A stretch of DNA of 64,000 bases from Patescibacteria group bacterium. Its GTDB lineage: Bacteria; Patescibacteriota; Minisyncoccia; Phycocordibacterales; PALSA-1337. The notes below the pieces were generated by a model, which made no database searches, was not told the origin of the DNA, and was given only the letters and a program-made list of their open reading frames with translations. The translations under genes and the position numbers were made by a program. The stretch lies in assembly GCA_038065395.1 (NCBI GenBank), contig JBBTRB010000004.1, positions 6,042-70,041 on the forward strand, written 5' to 3'. Below are positions 20,399 to 30,540 of this stretch, piece by piece. Positions within the stretch are counted from its first letter, which is position 1. Every line of letters begins with the position of its first letter.

Positions 20399-20425
20399 AA
20401 AATGCCCCATACTGGGGCATTTTTG
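20399..20425 (+). terminator. Intrinsic terminator
   Basis: aaaatgcccca-tac-tggggcattttt. Confidence 0.75.
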
Positions 20426-20440
20426 TTGTATAATGAGTTT

Positions 20441-20752
20441 ATGAATAAAAAATATTGGCTGAGAGGATTGATGAGCGGGTTAGTCCTAGGTATTCTTGTG
20501 GTCATTGCGCACGAAAATGCATCTGAAATTTTTAGTTTATTTAATATTCATATTCCCTCGAATCCAGCTTCAGGAGATACACCACTTATCTATTTTAAAT
20601 ACACTTTCGTCGTCCAATATTTCTATAATATAGGACTATTTCCATGGTTCTTTTTGTCATACCTGTTGACGGAATTACAATACTTTCTTGTTCCCGTTAC
20701 CTATGGAATTGTAGGAGGTCTAGCAAGTTTCCTTTACGGTCAGACTCGATGA
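20441..20752 (+). CDS. AT-rich hypothetical membrane protein
   Basis: MNKKYWLRG + hydrophobic segments; TATAAT just upstream. Confidence 0.55.
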   Translation: MNKKYWLRGLMSGLVLGILVVIAHENASEIFSLFNIHIPSNPASGDTPLIYFKYTFVVQYFYNIGLFPWFFLSYLLTELQYFLVPVTYGIVGGLASFLYGQTR

Positions 20753-20775
20753 TTAAAGTGAATTAAATATTCTCT

Positions 20776-21315
20776 ATGCCCACCACCCTACACACGGCCG
20801 TCTTTGGAGGAGGATGCTTCTGGTGCACAGAGGCGACTTTTCAGATGTTGAAAGGGGTACACAAAGTGACGTCGGGGTATGCGGGAGGTACGACTCAAAA
20901 TCCTACCTATGAGCAAGTCTCCAGTGGCACAACTGGCCATGCAGAAGTCATCAAGATAGACTTTGACCCGAGTGTCATATCTTTCTCGGATCTGCTGACA
21001 GTCTTTTTCAATACCCACGACCCGACAACCGTGAACCGTCAGGGTGCAGATGTGGGTACGCAGTATCGATCAGCGATATTTTATTCTAGTCCAGAGCAGA
21101 GAGAGGTTGCAGAGAAACTCATCACTGAGCTTAATAGTTCAAAAGCCTATGAGAACCCGGTAGTGACCGAAGTTGCGCCACTCGGAGAGTTCTACGAAGC
21201 AGAGGAATATCACAAGGATTACTACAAGAACAATTCTAGTCAGGCGTACTGTCAGCTGGTGATCGCTCCGAAACTTGAGAAGATGCAAAAGAGATTTGCG
21301 GAACTTTTGGCATAA
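20776..21315 (+). CDS. msrA: Peptide-methionine (S)-S-oxide reductase
   Basis: GGGCFWCTE, GHAE, HDPT..RQG.DVGTQYRS, AEEYHKDYY. Confidence 0.96.
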   Translation: MPTTLHTAVFGGGCFWCTEATFQMLKGVHKVTSGYAGGTTQNPTYEQVSSGTTGHAEVIKIDFDPSVISFSDLLTVFFNTHDPTTVNRQGADVGTQYRSAIFYSSPEQREVAEKLITELNSSKAYENPVVTEVAPLGEFYEAEEYHKDYYKNNSSQAYCQLVIAPKLEKMQKRFAELLA

Positions 21316-21421
21316 AACACAAAACCCGCCGAAGCGGATTTGCCAGCTTACCATCTGGGTATTTATAGTATACAATTTAATGGTTATATAGTTCAATAGT
21401 TAAATCTTTAAATAACTTTCC

Positions 21422-21820
21422 ATGACCGAAGATGATATAAAAAAGAAACTCACACCCGAAGAGTATGCCGTACTCAGGCAGAAGGGCACCGAAGCACCTT
21501 TTTCAGGGAGGTTGCTCCGTGAGAAGAGATCGGGAACTTATAATTGCAAAGTCTGCAACACCCCGCTCTTCTCTTCTGAGGCGAAGTTCGACTCGGGGAC
21601 GGGGTGGCCAAGCTTCGACCAGGCACTCCCAGGAGCAGTCAAAAGTATTACCGATACGTCACATGGTATGGCGCGCACAGAGATCGTCTGTGCAACGTGT
21701 GATTCTCATTTGGGACATGTATTCGACGATGGTCCGACACCTACAGGCAAAAGGTATTGTCTCAATTCGGTGTGTTTGGATCTGGATCCGCAAGGGAGTG
21801 AGAATAAAAGTTCCTCCTAG
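21422..21820 (+). CDS. msrB: Peptide-methionine (R)-S-oxide reductase
   Basis: [33 protein letters not shown]. Confidence 0.96.
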   Translation: MTEDDIKKKLTPEEYAVLRQKGTEAPFSGRLLREKRSGTYNCKVCNTPLFSSEAKFDSGTGWPSFDQALPGAVKSITDTSHGMARTEIVCATCDSHLGHVFDDGPTPTGKRYCLNSVCLDLDPQGSENKSSS

Positions 21821-21904
21821 GTGAGCATTGACGGAGTGTTGCAAACGTCGTGAAAAGATGTATGATGGAGGAAGAGAAAGTGCAACTTCAAAGAAAGGAT
21901 TATT

Positions 21905-22357
21905 GTGCCCACGTTCGTTCAAAACACCCTTGCTAGTCAATTCCCACATCTTCCATTTGCGTTCGAAGCAGACCTGTTCGTTGGAGAAGTTTCAGGAAAG
22001 TCTGTATTTACCCAGATTGCATCTCGCAAAATCGGATTCGTTACCATCATTCAACCAAAGAAAGATCCAGAAAAGAGAGGTTCCGAAAAGGTTGAACCGA
22101 ACAGTCTCCAGGTTGAAAGTAACGGAAAGTTCGATGTTCACTTATTCGGAGATTTTTGCAACGATGGCGATCTGTTAAGGGCCTTCGGGTACCAGCTTGC
22201 TTGCACCTTCGAGTACGAACTGTCAGTGAATCCTCCACGAAAACTCACCTTCGAAGGTCAGGAAAATGAATTCCATCATTTTTGCGAAGCGTTTTGTGAA
22301 CGGTGGGTTCAGCAAGTTCCTATGGCAGAAGCAATTCGGGTGATACGGAACTTCTAA
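21905..22357 (+). CDS. Hypothetical protein
   Basis: GTG start with AAAGGA SD; followed by a terminator. Confidence 0.5.
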   Translation: MPTFVQNTLASQFPHLPFAFEADLFVGEVSGKSVFTQIASRKIGFVTIIQPKKDPEKRGSEKVEPNSLQVESNGKFDVHLFGDFCNDGDLLRAFGYQLACTFEYELSVNPPRKLTFEGQENEFHHFCEAFCERWVQQVPMAEAIRVIRNF

Positions 22358-22376
22358 GAGAAATTCTCGACACACA

Positions 22377-22406
22377 AGCCGTCTCCTGACACGAGCGGCT
22401 TTTTTT
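22377..22406 (+). terminator. Intrinsic terminator
   Basis: aagccg..cggc followed by a T-run. Confidence 0.55.
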
Positions 22407-22421
22407 ATTTACCACACAGCC

Positions 22422-23819
22422 CTATTTTTTCTTCTTGATCTCAATACCCAACTCTCGGAGTTGTCTATCTGCAATACTCGAAGGTGAACTCATCATCAGG
22501 TCTTTGCCTTCACCAGTTTTGGCGAATGCGATGACTTCACGGATGGAGGTCTCGTTGCGGAGGAGGGTGACGAGACGGTCGAGACCCCAGGCGATGCCAC
22601 CATGTGGAGGTGTGCCTGACGCGAATGCACGGAGCATATGGCCAAAATTGGCCTCGATTTGTTCGGTAGGGTAGCCCATGATCTCGAAAACCTTCTTGAG
22701 AGCTTCAGGGTTATGGTTGCGGATACTGCCGCCACCGATCTCGAAGCCGTTGAGCACGATGTCGTACTGAGTAGTGAGGATCTCGCCGATCTTCTCTTTG
22801 TTCATGATCCAGGATTCATGTTCTGTCTGTGCACGAGAGAAAGGGTTGTGCGTAAATGTCCAACCACCTTCCTCGGTCTTTTCGAAGAAAGGAAAGTCGA
22901 TCACCCAGCAGAATGCCAAGAGATTCACATCGTCCTTGTCGGTACGGATATCTGGGCGGTCGTTGCCGTATTTCTCCATGGCCTCCTTGTAGGTGATACG
23001 AGGGAAAGGTGTCTGCTGGATCTTCTTCTCAGGGAAGAGGGTCGCCACGATCTCGATCAGCATTTTTTCATTCAAGGCCATGACATCTTCACGGTCGACG
23101 AAACTCATCTCCATGTCCATCTGTGTGAACTCGGGCTGACGATCCGAACGAGTGTCTTCATCACGGAAACAACGCGCGATCTGGAAGTATTTTTCGAAGC
23201 CAGCAGTCATCAGGAGTTGTTTGTATTGCTGGGGTGACTGAGGAAGAGCATAGAAATGACCTTGTTCGAGTCGAGAAGGTACAACATAGTCGCGCGCACC
23301 TTCGGGAGTGGACTTGGTAAGGATCGGGGTTTCGATCTCGGTGAAGCCTTCGACGTCGAGCATGTCTCGAACATGTTTGATGATCTTGTGACGGATGCGG
23401 ATGTTGTCTTGCATACGAGGACGACGGAGGTCGAGGTATCTATGAGCCAGGCGTGTTTCTTCGTTGATCTCTGTGCCTGCGCCACGAACGTCGAAAGCGG
23501 GGGTTTCGGCTTCATTGAGGACGGTCATAGACTTGAGTTCGAGCTCGATCTCGCCGTTAGCCTCATTCTTGGAGATCATGCGCTCGGGACGTTTGTTGAC
23601 GATGCCGGTAGCGGTGACCACCCATTCGGAGCGGACACGGCCTGCAACCTCGTGTGCCTCCTTGTTGTTCGGAAGTGCCACAGACTGTACTTTGCCGGTC
23701 ATATCGCGGATATCTATGAAGATGAGTTTGCCATGGTCACGACGGATATCGATCCAGCCGGAGATAGAAACTTCTGTTCCGATATGGTCTTTGAGGTCTT
23801 TGATATAGGTTCTTTTCAT
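22422..23819 (-). CDS. aspS: Aspartate--tRNA ligase (compact, GAD domain absent)
   Basis: RRDHGKLIFID, PEGARDY, LPQSPQ, FRDED, GGGSIR and PPHGGIAWGLDR motifs; true start at 23819 after a TGcTATAGT box. Confidence 0.95.
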   Translation of the reverse strand: MKRTYIKDLKDHIGTEVSISGWIDIRRDHGKLIFIDIRDMTGKVQSVALPNNKEAHEVAGRVRSEWVVTATGIVNKRPERMISKNEANGEIELELKSMTVLNEAETPAFDVRGAGTEINEETRLAHRYLDLRRPRMQDNIRIRHKIIKHVRDMLDVEGFTEIETPILTKSTPEGARDYVVPSRLEQGHFYALPQSPQQYKQLLMTAGFEKYFQIARCFRDEDTRSDRQPEFTQMDMEMSFVDREDVMALNEKMLIEIVATLFPEKKIQQTPFPRITYKEAMEKYGNDRPDIRTDKDDVNLLAFCWVIDFPFFEKTEEGGWTFTHNPFSRAQTEHESWIMNKEKIGEILTTQYDIVLNGFEIGGGSIRNHNPEALKKVFEIMGYPTEQIEANFGHMLRAFASGTPPHGGIAWGLDRLVTLLRNETSIREVIAFAKTGEGKDLMMSSPSSIADRQLRELGIEIKKKK

Positions 23820-23841
23820 GGGGATTACTATAGCACAACTA

Positions 23842-23965
23842 AGAGCTAGTCCACTATCTTCATCTGCTTCGTTACTTTCTACGCTCAAACTCTCACCGTA
23901 TGCTCGATACGGCTCGAGTTTTCGCTTGAAAGTGCCTCGCATATGAAAGATAGTGGATACGCTCT
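23842..23965 (+). repeat. Dispersed structured repeat, copy B
   Basis: Homologous to 16155-16277; lies between divergent aspS and the DHH gene. Confidence 0.9.
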
Positions 23966-24008
23966 CCTGCTTTTACGTTTCAATTATTGCGTGCTACGAT
24001 GAACATAT

Positions 24009-25028
24009 ATGATGACTGACATCTCACCTCTCGTCACCGAAAAAGCCCCGCTGATCCTGGCGGAGATACATAAGGCCAACAGTATCCTTTTGCATTGCCA
24101 TCCATCACCAGATCCGGACTCGGTAGGGTCGGCGTTGGCGATGAAGTTCGCGTTGGAACAACTGGGCAAGAAAGTCACCGTCATCCGTGGTGACTCCCAA
24201 ATTCCTGTGGCATTTTCGCACTTTCCGGGGGTAGGCGATATCGTGCAGAAAAACTTCTTTGAGATTGACCCCCAGGATTTTGACCTTTTTATTGTTCAGG
24301 ACTCCGGTTCTCCTGAGATGGTCTCTCGACTCCAACCTATCCCCGTGCCTGTTCCGATCAAGACGATTGTCATCGATCATCATGCCTCGAACACAGGCTA
24401 TGGCGATCTCAACCTGATCGAACCAAAGTATCCGGCTACCGCACAAATGCTATTCGATCTTTTGTTGCTATGGAATGTGAAGTTGGATGTGAATATTGCC
24501 TCGAATCTGTTTATTGGCGTCTACACTGATACCGGAGGGTTCAAGTATGCAGGTACCACTACCAGAACGTTTCGTATTGCCAGTGAACTCATCAAATACG
24601 TTCCTGATTTTGCCAATCTCATTTCACAGATGGAGAATTCCAACACCCCTGCCGATGTTGCATTCCAGGCACTCGCATTGTCATCCATCGAAACCTTCTT
24701 CGAAGGCAAACTGGCGCTTTCGGTCGTATCTCATGCATCTATCGTGGAGAAGGCTATACCTCTCGAAGATGCCCAGGCACACGCCATCTCACCAGCATTG
24801 CGTCGTGTGCGCCAATGGATGATCACTGGTGTACTCGTCGAACAAGTCCCTGGTACGATCAAACTGAGTTTCCGTAGCAAAGACGGCACCACGATCGATG
24901 TCTCACGACTGGCTGTTGCACTTGGTGGCGGTGGACATAAAGCTGCTGCAGGTTCGGTATTCAAGGGTTCGATCGAGGATGCAAAGGAACTAGTTGTCGC
25001 CAAAGCCAAGGAACTGTATAATCTCTAA
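24009..25028 (+). CDS. nrnA: DHH family phosphoesterase (NrnA-like oligoribonuclease/pAp phosphatase)
   Basis: HPSPDPDSVGS, IDHH, TDTGGF, SFRS and GGGGHKAAAG motifs. Confidence 0.85.
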   Translation: MMTDISPLVTEKAPLILAEIHKANSILLHCHPSPDPDSVGSALAMKFALEQLGKKVTVIRGDSQIPVAFSHFPGVGDIVQKNFFEIDPQDFDLFIVQDSGSPEMVSRLQPIPVPVPIKTIVIDHHASNTGYGDLNLIEPKYPATAQMLFDLLLLWNVKLDVNIASNLFIGVYTDTGGFKYAGTTTRTFRIASELIKYVPDFANLISQMENSNTPADVAFQALALSSIETFFEGKLALSVVSHASIVEKAIPLEDAQAHAISPALRRVRQWMITGVLVEQVPGTIKLSFRSKDGTTIDVSRLAVALGGGGHKAAAGSVFKGSIEDAKELVVAKAKELYNL

Positions 25029-25032
25029 CCAT

Positions 25033-25707
25033 ATGAATTCAACACATATCATCGCACTTGGAGCACTTATTATCATTGCAGGTGCCTGGTTTACGTTCGA
25101 TCGCAAAGCTGCACCAGTATCCATTCAGACGACAGAGAGTTACTCGACCGAACAGCTAGCATCTTCGATAATTGCTACAACATCGAGTACTACGAGCACT
25201 ATTACTACTTCATCATCTACACCAACATCCATGAATACCATCACTATAGAAACAACCAAGGGTACGATTGTTTTTGAAACCTTCAACAGTGACGCTCCTA
25301 AGACTGTAGAGAATTTTATTACTTTGGCTAATGACGGCTTTTACAATGGCGTCATCTTCCACCGTGTGATCAGTGGCTTCATGATCCAGGGCGGTGATCC
25401 GACAGGCACCGGCATGGGAGGTCCGGGATACAAGTTCGCTGATGAGCTCAACTCAGCAACCGAATCCTACAAGCGTGGCTATGTCCGTGGCACCGTTGCG
25501 ATGGCCAACTCTGGTCCCAACACCAACGGCAGTCAGTTCTTCATCATGCACAAAGACACGCCATTGCCGAATGCCTACACCATCTTCGGTCGCGTGATCT
25601 CGGGTATGGAGGTCGTCGATGCGATCGCTGCATCGGAAGTCAACAGTAGTGATCGTCCGCTGGTGGATGTAGTTATGAAAAAGGTGACCGTAGGGGAGAA
25701 GAAGTAA
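25033..25707 (+). CDS. Cyclophilin-type peptidyl-prolyl isomerase with N-terminal membrane anchor
   Basis: FHRVISGFMIQGGDP, AMANSGPNTNGSQFFI; TM + Ser/Thr linker. Confidence 0.92.
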   Translation: MNSTHIIALGALIIIAGAWFTFDRKAAPVSIQTTESYSTEQLASSIIATTSSTTSTITTSSSTPTSMNTITIETTKGTIVFETFNSDAPKTVENFITLANDGFYNGVIFHRVISGFMIQGGDPTGTGMGGPGYKFADELNSATESYKRGYVRGTVAMANSGPNTNGSQFFIMHKDTPLPNAYTIFGRVISGMEVVDAIAASEVNSSDRPLVDVVMKKVTVGEKK

Positions 25708-25833
25708 GAAAGAAAAAAAGTGATTAGTAACTAGAAAAGTAAATCTGCCATTGACACATGGCGGATTTACTTTTTTGATATTGAGGTGTAGGATAGTGAC
25801 TAGACAAAAACCCATAAAGAGAAGGATTGATCC

Positions 25834-26343
25834 ATGTCAGAAAACACAAACGAAGTAAAGGTTTCAAAGTTTTTTGTCGAACCTTTTGGTGAGACAAACG
25901 AGACCCTTTTCAGGGAAATCGTCGATGATACCTCGGGTAATGGGGAATTCCGACAGCTCAAAGATGTCGAGGGGAATGGTCATAATGTCGTCGAATTGAC
26001 TGTCGAGCAATTTTGCAAATTGTTGCGTCACAAACAACAACGATGCCACCAATTCCACGTATTCATTGAGACAGATGGCGGCCTTCTCCAGAGGATTCAG
26101 GTCATCATCGAGGATGAAGCCACACATCGAACCTTCGATGCGATCCTCCAGGACATCTCTGCGATCATGCCACAGGTGACGCTTCAGGATATGCCCGAAC
26201 TCCTTAGTCGGTCCAAGATCCAGCCAGTCCAAGGCAGATCACCTCACTGGTTCGGGAGTCCAGCCTGGAAGCAGAATAGACGTCCCAGGCACACTCCCGG
26301 GTACATTCGTCGAAGGTTTTCTCGCGGAAGTCATCGGCCATAA
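25834..26343 (+). CDS. Hypothetical protein
   Basis: AAGGA SD, clean ORF, terminator-like hairpin after the stop. Confidence 0.55.
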   Translation: MSENTNEVKVSKFFVEPFGETNETLFREIVDDTSGNGEFRQLKDVEGNGHNVVELTVEQFCKLLRHKQQRCHQFHVFIETDGGLLQRIQVIIEDEATHRTFDAILQDISAIMPQVTLQDMPELLSRSKIQPVQGRSPHWFGSPAWKQNRRPRHTPGYIRRRFSRGSHRP

Positions 26344-26443
26344 GCTTCACGCACATTCACATCGCCTCAAGGAACAGTCCTGGGGCGATTTTTCATACAA
26401 AAAAGCGCTCCGACGAGTATCGGGGCGCGTGAGACGGATCTTC

Positions 26444-27193
26444 TCAGGAGAGCACTTTCTGGTTTCGCTTCGAGCTCTTACCTTTTCTGATTCGCCTTCT
26501 ACTTTGGCTTTTTTTCTCATCTCGAATCTTCGCTCTTCTGTGAGCTTCTGCCTTCTTTTGATCCAAGACGATCAAACACCATTTGATCGTCTGTTCGGTG
26601 AAGAGACATTGACGTCCCTGTACCGTGGTATTTATGCCCCCGAGTACAGGTATCTGTCCAGATTTGACCACATGCGAAATATGGGCCTTGAACGTGTTAG
26701 CAATCGAACCTTCACCCCTTTGGTCCTTGTGGAAAGGGTGGTGTGACCCGACAGGGGTACCTCCGATCTGACGCGACCAATATTCGAATGTGTGCCGGTC
26801 ATTGTTTCTCTTGGACAAAGTCCCTCTGCGGAAGAGTTTTGTTCGATAGAGCTTTTCGTGGGCAGCTCTTCGTGCAGAAGAGTCGTCCCGAGGGATCATG
26901 GTGAGAGTGGCGATGATATCGGTTGCACTGAAGGCCCCATTCACCCGACCATCAGCGAGTGAGATGATCAGATATTCTATCTGTTTAATTCTGAACTGAG
27001 ACAGAGTTCTGAGTACGACTTCGCCACATTCTGCACACTCTCTCACGGTAAAGTAGGCACCGTGAGGATTGTTCGGTTGCGGTTCGAGAACATCATGAGG
27101 AAGTATCACAAAGATTCCTTTCTGTTTGTGTTGTTGGGTTTTGAAAGACCGAAGATTCATCGCTAGTCTATCACATCGGACTTTTTGTTTCAT
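26444..27193 (-). CDS. Hypothetical basic protein (start uncertain)
   Basis: Long ORF with no recognised motif. Confidence 0.45.
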   Translation of the reverse strand: MKQKVRCDRLAMNLRSFKTQQHKQKGIFVILPHDVLEPQPNNPHGAYFTVRECAECGEVVLRTLSQFRIKQIEYLIISLADGRVNGAFSATDIIATLTMIPRDDSSARRAAHEKLYRTKLFRRGTLSKRNNDRHTFEYWSRQIGGTPVGSHHPFHKDQRGEGSIANTFKAHISHVVKSGQIPVLGGINTTVQGRQCLFTEQTIKWCLIVLDQKKAEAHRRAKIRDEKKSQSRRRIRKGKSSKRNQKVLS

Positions 27194-27207
27194 GGTATTA
27201 TTCTCCC

Positions 27208-27972
27208 ATGTCCGAATACTACAAACCTCACCGAACACGCAATATATTCGACCCACAGAGCACTGACACCTTCCGTGTGAGTCGTTCCAAGATCGATTTG
27301 TTCATGAATTGTCCGCTCTGCTTCTATCTCGACGCACGACTCGGGGTAGGGAGACCGCCAGGGTTCCCTTTTGCGCTCAACTCTGCCGTGGACTCATTAC
27401 TCAAAAAAGAGTTTGACATTCATCGTGCCAAGAAGCGTCCTCATCCGTTGATGGGTGCATATGGCCTGACCGATGTCGTCCCTTATGCCCATGAAGACAT
27501 GGATCTGTGGCGTACCAACTTCAAGGGTATAACCCATGTCCACGAACCGACCAACTTTCTCGTAACTGGCGCGATCGATGATATTTGGATCAATAGTGCA
27601 GGTGAGTTGATCATCGTCGACTACAAGTCAACCAGCAAAGAAGAGAAGGTCACCCTCGACAAAGAATGGCAAATCGGCTACAAACGTCAGATGGAAGTGT
27701 ACCAGTGGCTTTTCCGGAGGAATGATTTCACGGTGTCTTCGACAGGGTATTTTGTCTACTGCAACGGCAAGACTGACCGAGAGGCCTTCGATGCCAAGCT
27801 GGATTTCGATATCGACCTCATACCCTATACGGGTGACGATGGGTGGGTAGAGCCGGCACTACGAGATATGCGTGCATGCCTGACGCTCGAGAAGCCGCCC
27901 AAGCCTGCTGCAGCATGTGACTACTGTGCCTACCGCAAAGCCGCTCGAGATGTGCAAACGAAGATCAAATGA
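27208..27972 (+). CDS. PD-(D/E)XK nuclease family protein (RecB/Cas4-like) with a Cys staple
   Basis: SRSKI..CPLCFY, GAIDD, IVDYKS, QMEVY, CDYC. Confidence 0.85.
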   Translation: MSEYYKPHRTRNIFDPQSTDTFRVSRSKIDLFMNCPLCFYLDARLGVGRPPGFPFALNSAVDSLLKKEFDIHRAKKRPHPLMGAYGLTDVVPYAHEDMDLWRTNFKGITHVHEPTNFLVTGAIDDIWINSAGELIIVDYKSTSKEEKVTLDKEWQIGYKRQMEVYQWLFRRNDFTVSSTGYFVYCNGKTDREAFDAKLDFDIDLIPYTGDDGWVEPALRDMRACLTLEKPPKPAAACDYCAYRKAARDVQTKIK

Positions 27973-28037
27973 CAATAGAAGAAGTGAGCTTGAATGTGAT
28001 ACTATAGAGCGACATTTAATCAATAAGCATACATAAT

Positions 28038-28523
28038 ATGAATACAACACGTTTTTCGTCAGCATGGAAAGCAGATCTCGGTATCCTGATCCTTCGCGTC
28101 GGTCTCGGCGTCACCTTCCTCGTACATGGCATAGCTAAGCTCAGTGGCATGGAAGGAACTATCGGATTCTTCGGATCACTGGGACTTCACTCGAGTCTTG
28201 CTTGGGCTGTAGCACTCATTGAGACTATTGGCGGAGCGATGCTCATCCTCGGTGTTTGGACGATGGTACCAGCTCTTCTTCTTGTGGCTGTTATGATCGG
28301 AGCTATTATTACAACCAAGATAGGTAAACCTTTTATGGGGGGTTATGAACTCGACTTCGTACTCCTGATGTCGCTCCTTGCAGCGGCAACTCTCGGGTCT
28401 GGCAAGTATGCCCTGACCAAAGGTTCTTCATGTGACTCGTGTGGCGCATGTGGTTGCAATTGCCACGAAGGCGACAAGCGTTGCGGGGTGGACGGAAAAT
28501 GTGAAGGTTGTACCTGTGCTTAG
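28038..28523 (+). CDS. DoxX family protein with a Cys-rich C-terminal tail
   Basis: LRVGLGVTFLVHGIAKL, GYELD, GSGKYAL; 9 Cys in the last ~31 aa. Confidence 0.85.
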   Translation: MNTTRFSSAWKADLGILILRVGLGVTFLVHGIAKLSGMEGTIGFFGSLGLHSSLAWAVALIETIGGAMLILGVWTMVPALLLVAVMIGAIITTKIGKPFMGGYELDFVLLMSLLAAATLGSGKYALTKGSSCDSCGACGCNCHEGDKRCGVDGKCEGCTCA

Positions 28524-28563
28524 GAGAGCTAGTCCAGCATCTCCATCCGCTCCGTTATTTTCT
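28524..28563 (+). repeat. Truncated 5' part of the dispersed structured repeat (copy D)
   Basis: gagagctagtccagcatctccatccgctccgttattttct matches the start of copy A; supplies the kinase stop codon. Confidence 0.75.
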
Positions 28564-29601
28564 CGACAATGGAATAACTATCTCACACACCGTGCCGATC
28601 TTCGGCACGTTTGTGATAGAGAGGGTGCCGGCGAGCTCGTCTTCAACGATTGACTTCACGGTCATGAGACCAGTTCCTGTGCCACTTTTCTTGGTGGTGA
28701 AGGGACGTACCAAGATTGTATCGACATGGTGGTCAGGTATACCTGGCCCATTGTCGGTTATGGATATGCGGATACCATGAGCTTCCGTATTTGTAATATC
28801 AATGATCACTTGTTTGTCATCAGGGGAAGGTGTATCAGCATGAGCCTCGACTGCATTGGAAATAGTATTGAGGAATAGTTGCTGCAGACGTACCGAGTGG
28901 ATCGGTACAGTGAAATGATCATGATTCTGAACAGCGATCGTCACACCAGCGATGCGAGCTTTGTAGGCCAGAAGGTCGAGCACGATCGCAAGCTCACGAG
29001 TACTATCTGCATGTACTTCGCCAGGTACAGGTAGCGGATGTTGCATGACGGCACGGATACTTTCCATGAAAGATGCCATCCGACGTGATGCTTCGACTGC
29101 TGTCTGCACCGTCTGGGAAGTCTCGTTGGTTGTAGATGTGTCTGACTTTGTTGCGAGGCGTTCTACTGAGAGTGATACTGCTGATAGTGGTCCGATCAGG
29201 TCATGGAATAATCCTTTGGAGAGCTTACCAAACTCGGCGATACGCTCCAACTCTTGGCGATGTGCCTTTTGCGCATCGACGAGTTCTAGGGTGCGGTTCG
29301 AGATCTTGTATTCCAGGGAGAACCTGTCTGTCTCGAGTGAAGCATCGATTGTATGGATATGTTCTCGAGATCGACGATGTTCTCTGTAGACCAGATAGAG
29401 GATAGTTGCACCACAGAGGACGATGATACCGAGCGTCGAGAAGTCCAAGATACTATCTGCGAGTCCAGGCACGAATACAGCGGGATATACTCTATCCCGC
29501 TGTAGGAGTTGGACTCTGATACCCATATACAACCGTGTCGCTACGCACCTGCCAGGATGGTATGACTCTAGAGGAGTTGTATGTGCAGAGAATGGAGTCA
29601 T
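28555..29601 (-). CDS. Sensor histidine kinase
   Basis: H-box FHDLIGPL, N-box NTISNAVEA, DNGPGI, PFTTK, GTGTGL. Confidence 0.88.
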   Translation of the reverse strand: MTPFSAHTTPLESYHPGRCVATRLYMGIRVQLLQRDRVYPAVFVPGLADSILDFSTLGIIVLCGATILYLVYREHRRSREHIHTIDASLETDRFSLEYKISNRTLELVDAQKAHRQELERIAEFGKLSKGLFHDLIGPLSAVSLSVERLATKSDTSTTNETSQTVQTAVEASRRMASFMESIRAVMQHPLPVPGEVHADSTRELAIVLDLLAYKARIAGVTIAVQNHDHFTVPIHSVRLQQLFLNTISNAVEAHADTPSPDDKQVIIDITNTEAHGIRISITDNGPGIPDHHVDTILVRPFTTKKSGTGTGLMTVKSIVEDELAGTLSITNVPKIGTVCEIVIPLSRK

Positions 29602-29757
29602 ATGAGCTCACGTTCAAGGATACCTCTATCCCCGAACAGGAAGATCGTGAGCCTATGATACTGAAAATAATGATTATGTCGACTCATAATCCTTGATACG
29701 TTAGCCTGGCGAGATAAAATCCGTATGAATTTTGTCTCAAAAAAGGATAAAAATACA

Positions 29758-30447
29758 TTAAAATTTTGATAAATTTTCCGGTGTATCGATGACATAGCCT
29801 CGTCCAGGGAGGTTAATGATGAGATCTGCATGCCCATGTGCAGTGAGCTTTTTGCGGACATTGCGTATATGAGCCTCTACGGTGTTGGAATATGGGTCAC
29901 TCTCGGCAGTCCATACATGTTCCATGATGAGCGACCGTGACATGACGACGCCTGCATGGTGCATGAGGTAGGAGAGCAGGTTGAACTCTTTGCGAGTCAG
30001 GTGGAGTGGGGTACCACCGCGTTCGACGGTCTGGGTTTCGGTATTGAGGTTGACGTTGTCTACGGTGATGATCGGGGACTTGATCTGTGGTGATCTGCGA
30101 GCCATGGCGTCGAGTCGAGCCGAGAGCTCGATCATCGAGAATGGTTTGGTGACATAGTCGTCGGCTCCTTCCTCGAATGCACGGACTTTGGTGTCAGTAT
30201 CGCCGATCACCGAGAGGAAGAGTATCGGTGTAGACTTGCCAGAAGCACGGATCTCTCTACATACGGTCAGGCCATCTTTCTTGGGGAGTGCATGGTCGAG
30301 TATGATAGCGTCGTACGGATAGCTTCTTCCCATGAATGAGCCATCGGCACCGTTGGTCGCCACGTCGACGATATGAGATTTTGCCCCAAGACCCAACCGC
30401 ACATTCTCTGCGAGTGCCTGATCATCCTCTACGATGAGAACTTTCAT
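29758..30447 (-). CDS. OmpR-family response regulator
   Basis: VLIVEDD, ILDHALP, GADDYVTKPF, LTRKEF, VEAHIRNVRKKL, GRGY. Confidence 0.93.
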   Translation of the reverse strand: MKVLIVEDDQALAENVRLGLGAKSHIVDVATNGADGSFMGRSYPYDAIILDHALPKKDGLTVCREIRASGKSTPILFLSVIGDTDTKVRAFEEGADDYVTKPFSMIELSARLDAMARRSPQIKSPIITVDNVNLNTETQTVERGGTPLHLTRKEFNLLSYLMHHAGVVMSRSLIMEHVWTAESDPYSNTVEAHIRNVRKKLTAHGHADLIINLPGRGYVIDTPENLSKF

Positions 30448-30540
30448 AATGTCGGCAGTATAGCAGAGTTAGCAAAAAGAAGTCTATAGAGTGCGCAGGC
30501 ACTGTGCTCTCGGGCACACTCGATCACTGCGTTCTCTCGG

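Noticed and set aside
23820-23942. 41-aa N-terminal extension of AspRS in the ORF track, and the similar ORF 16151..16333
   Set aside because: Both are translations of the dispersed repeat; a -10 box directly precedes ATG 23819
27208-27972. Cas4-like nuclease as a sign of CRISPR-Cas
   Set aside because: No repeat-spacer array or other cas gene in the window; solitary PD-(D/E)XK protein
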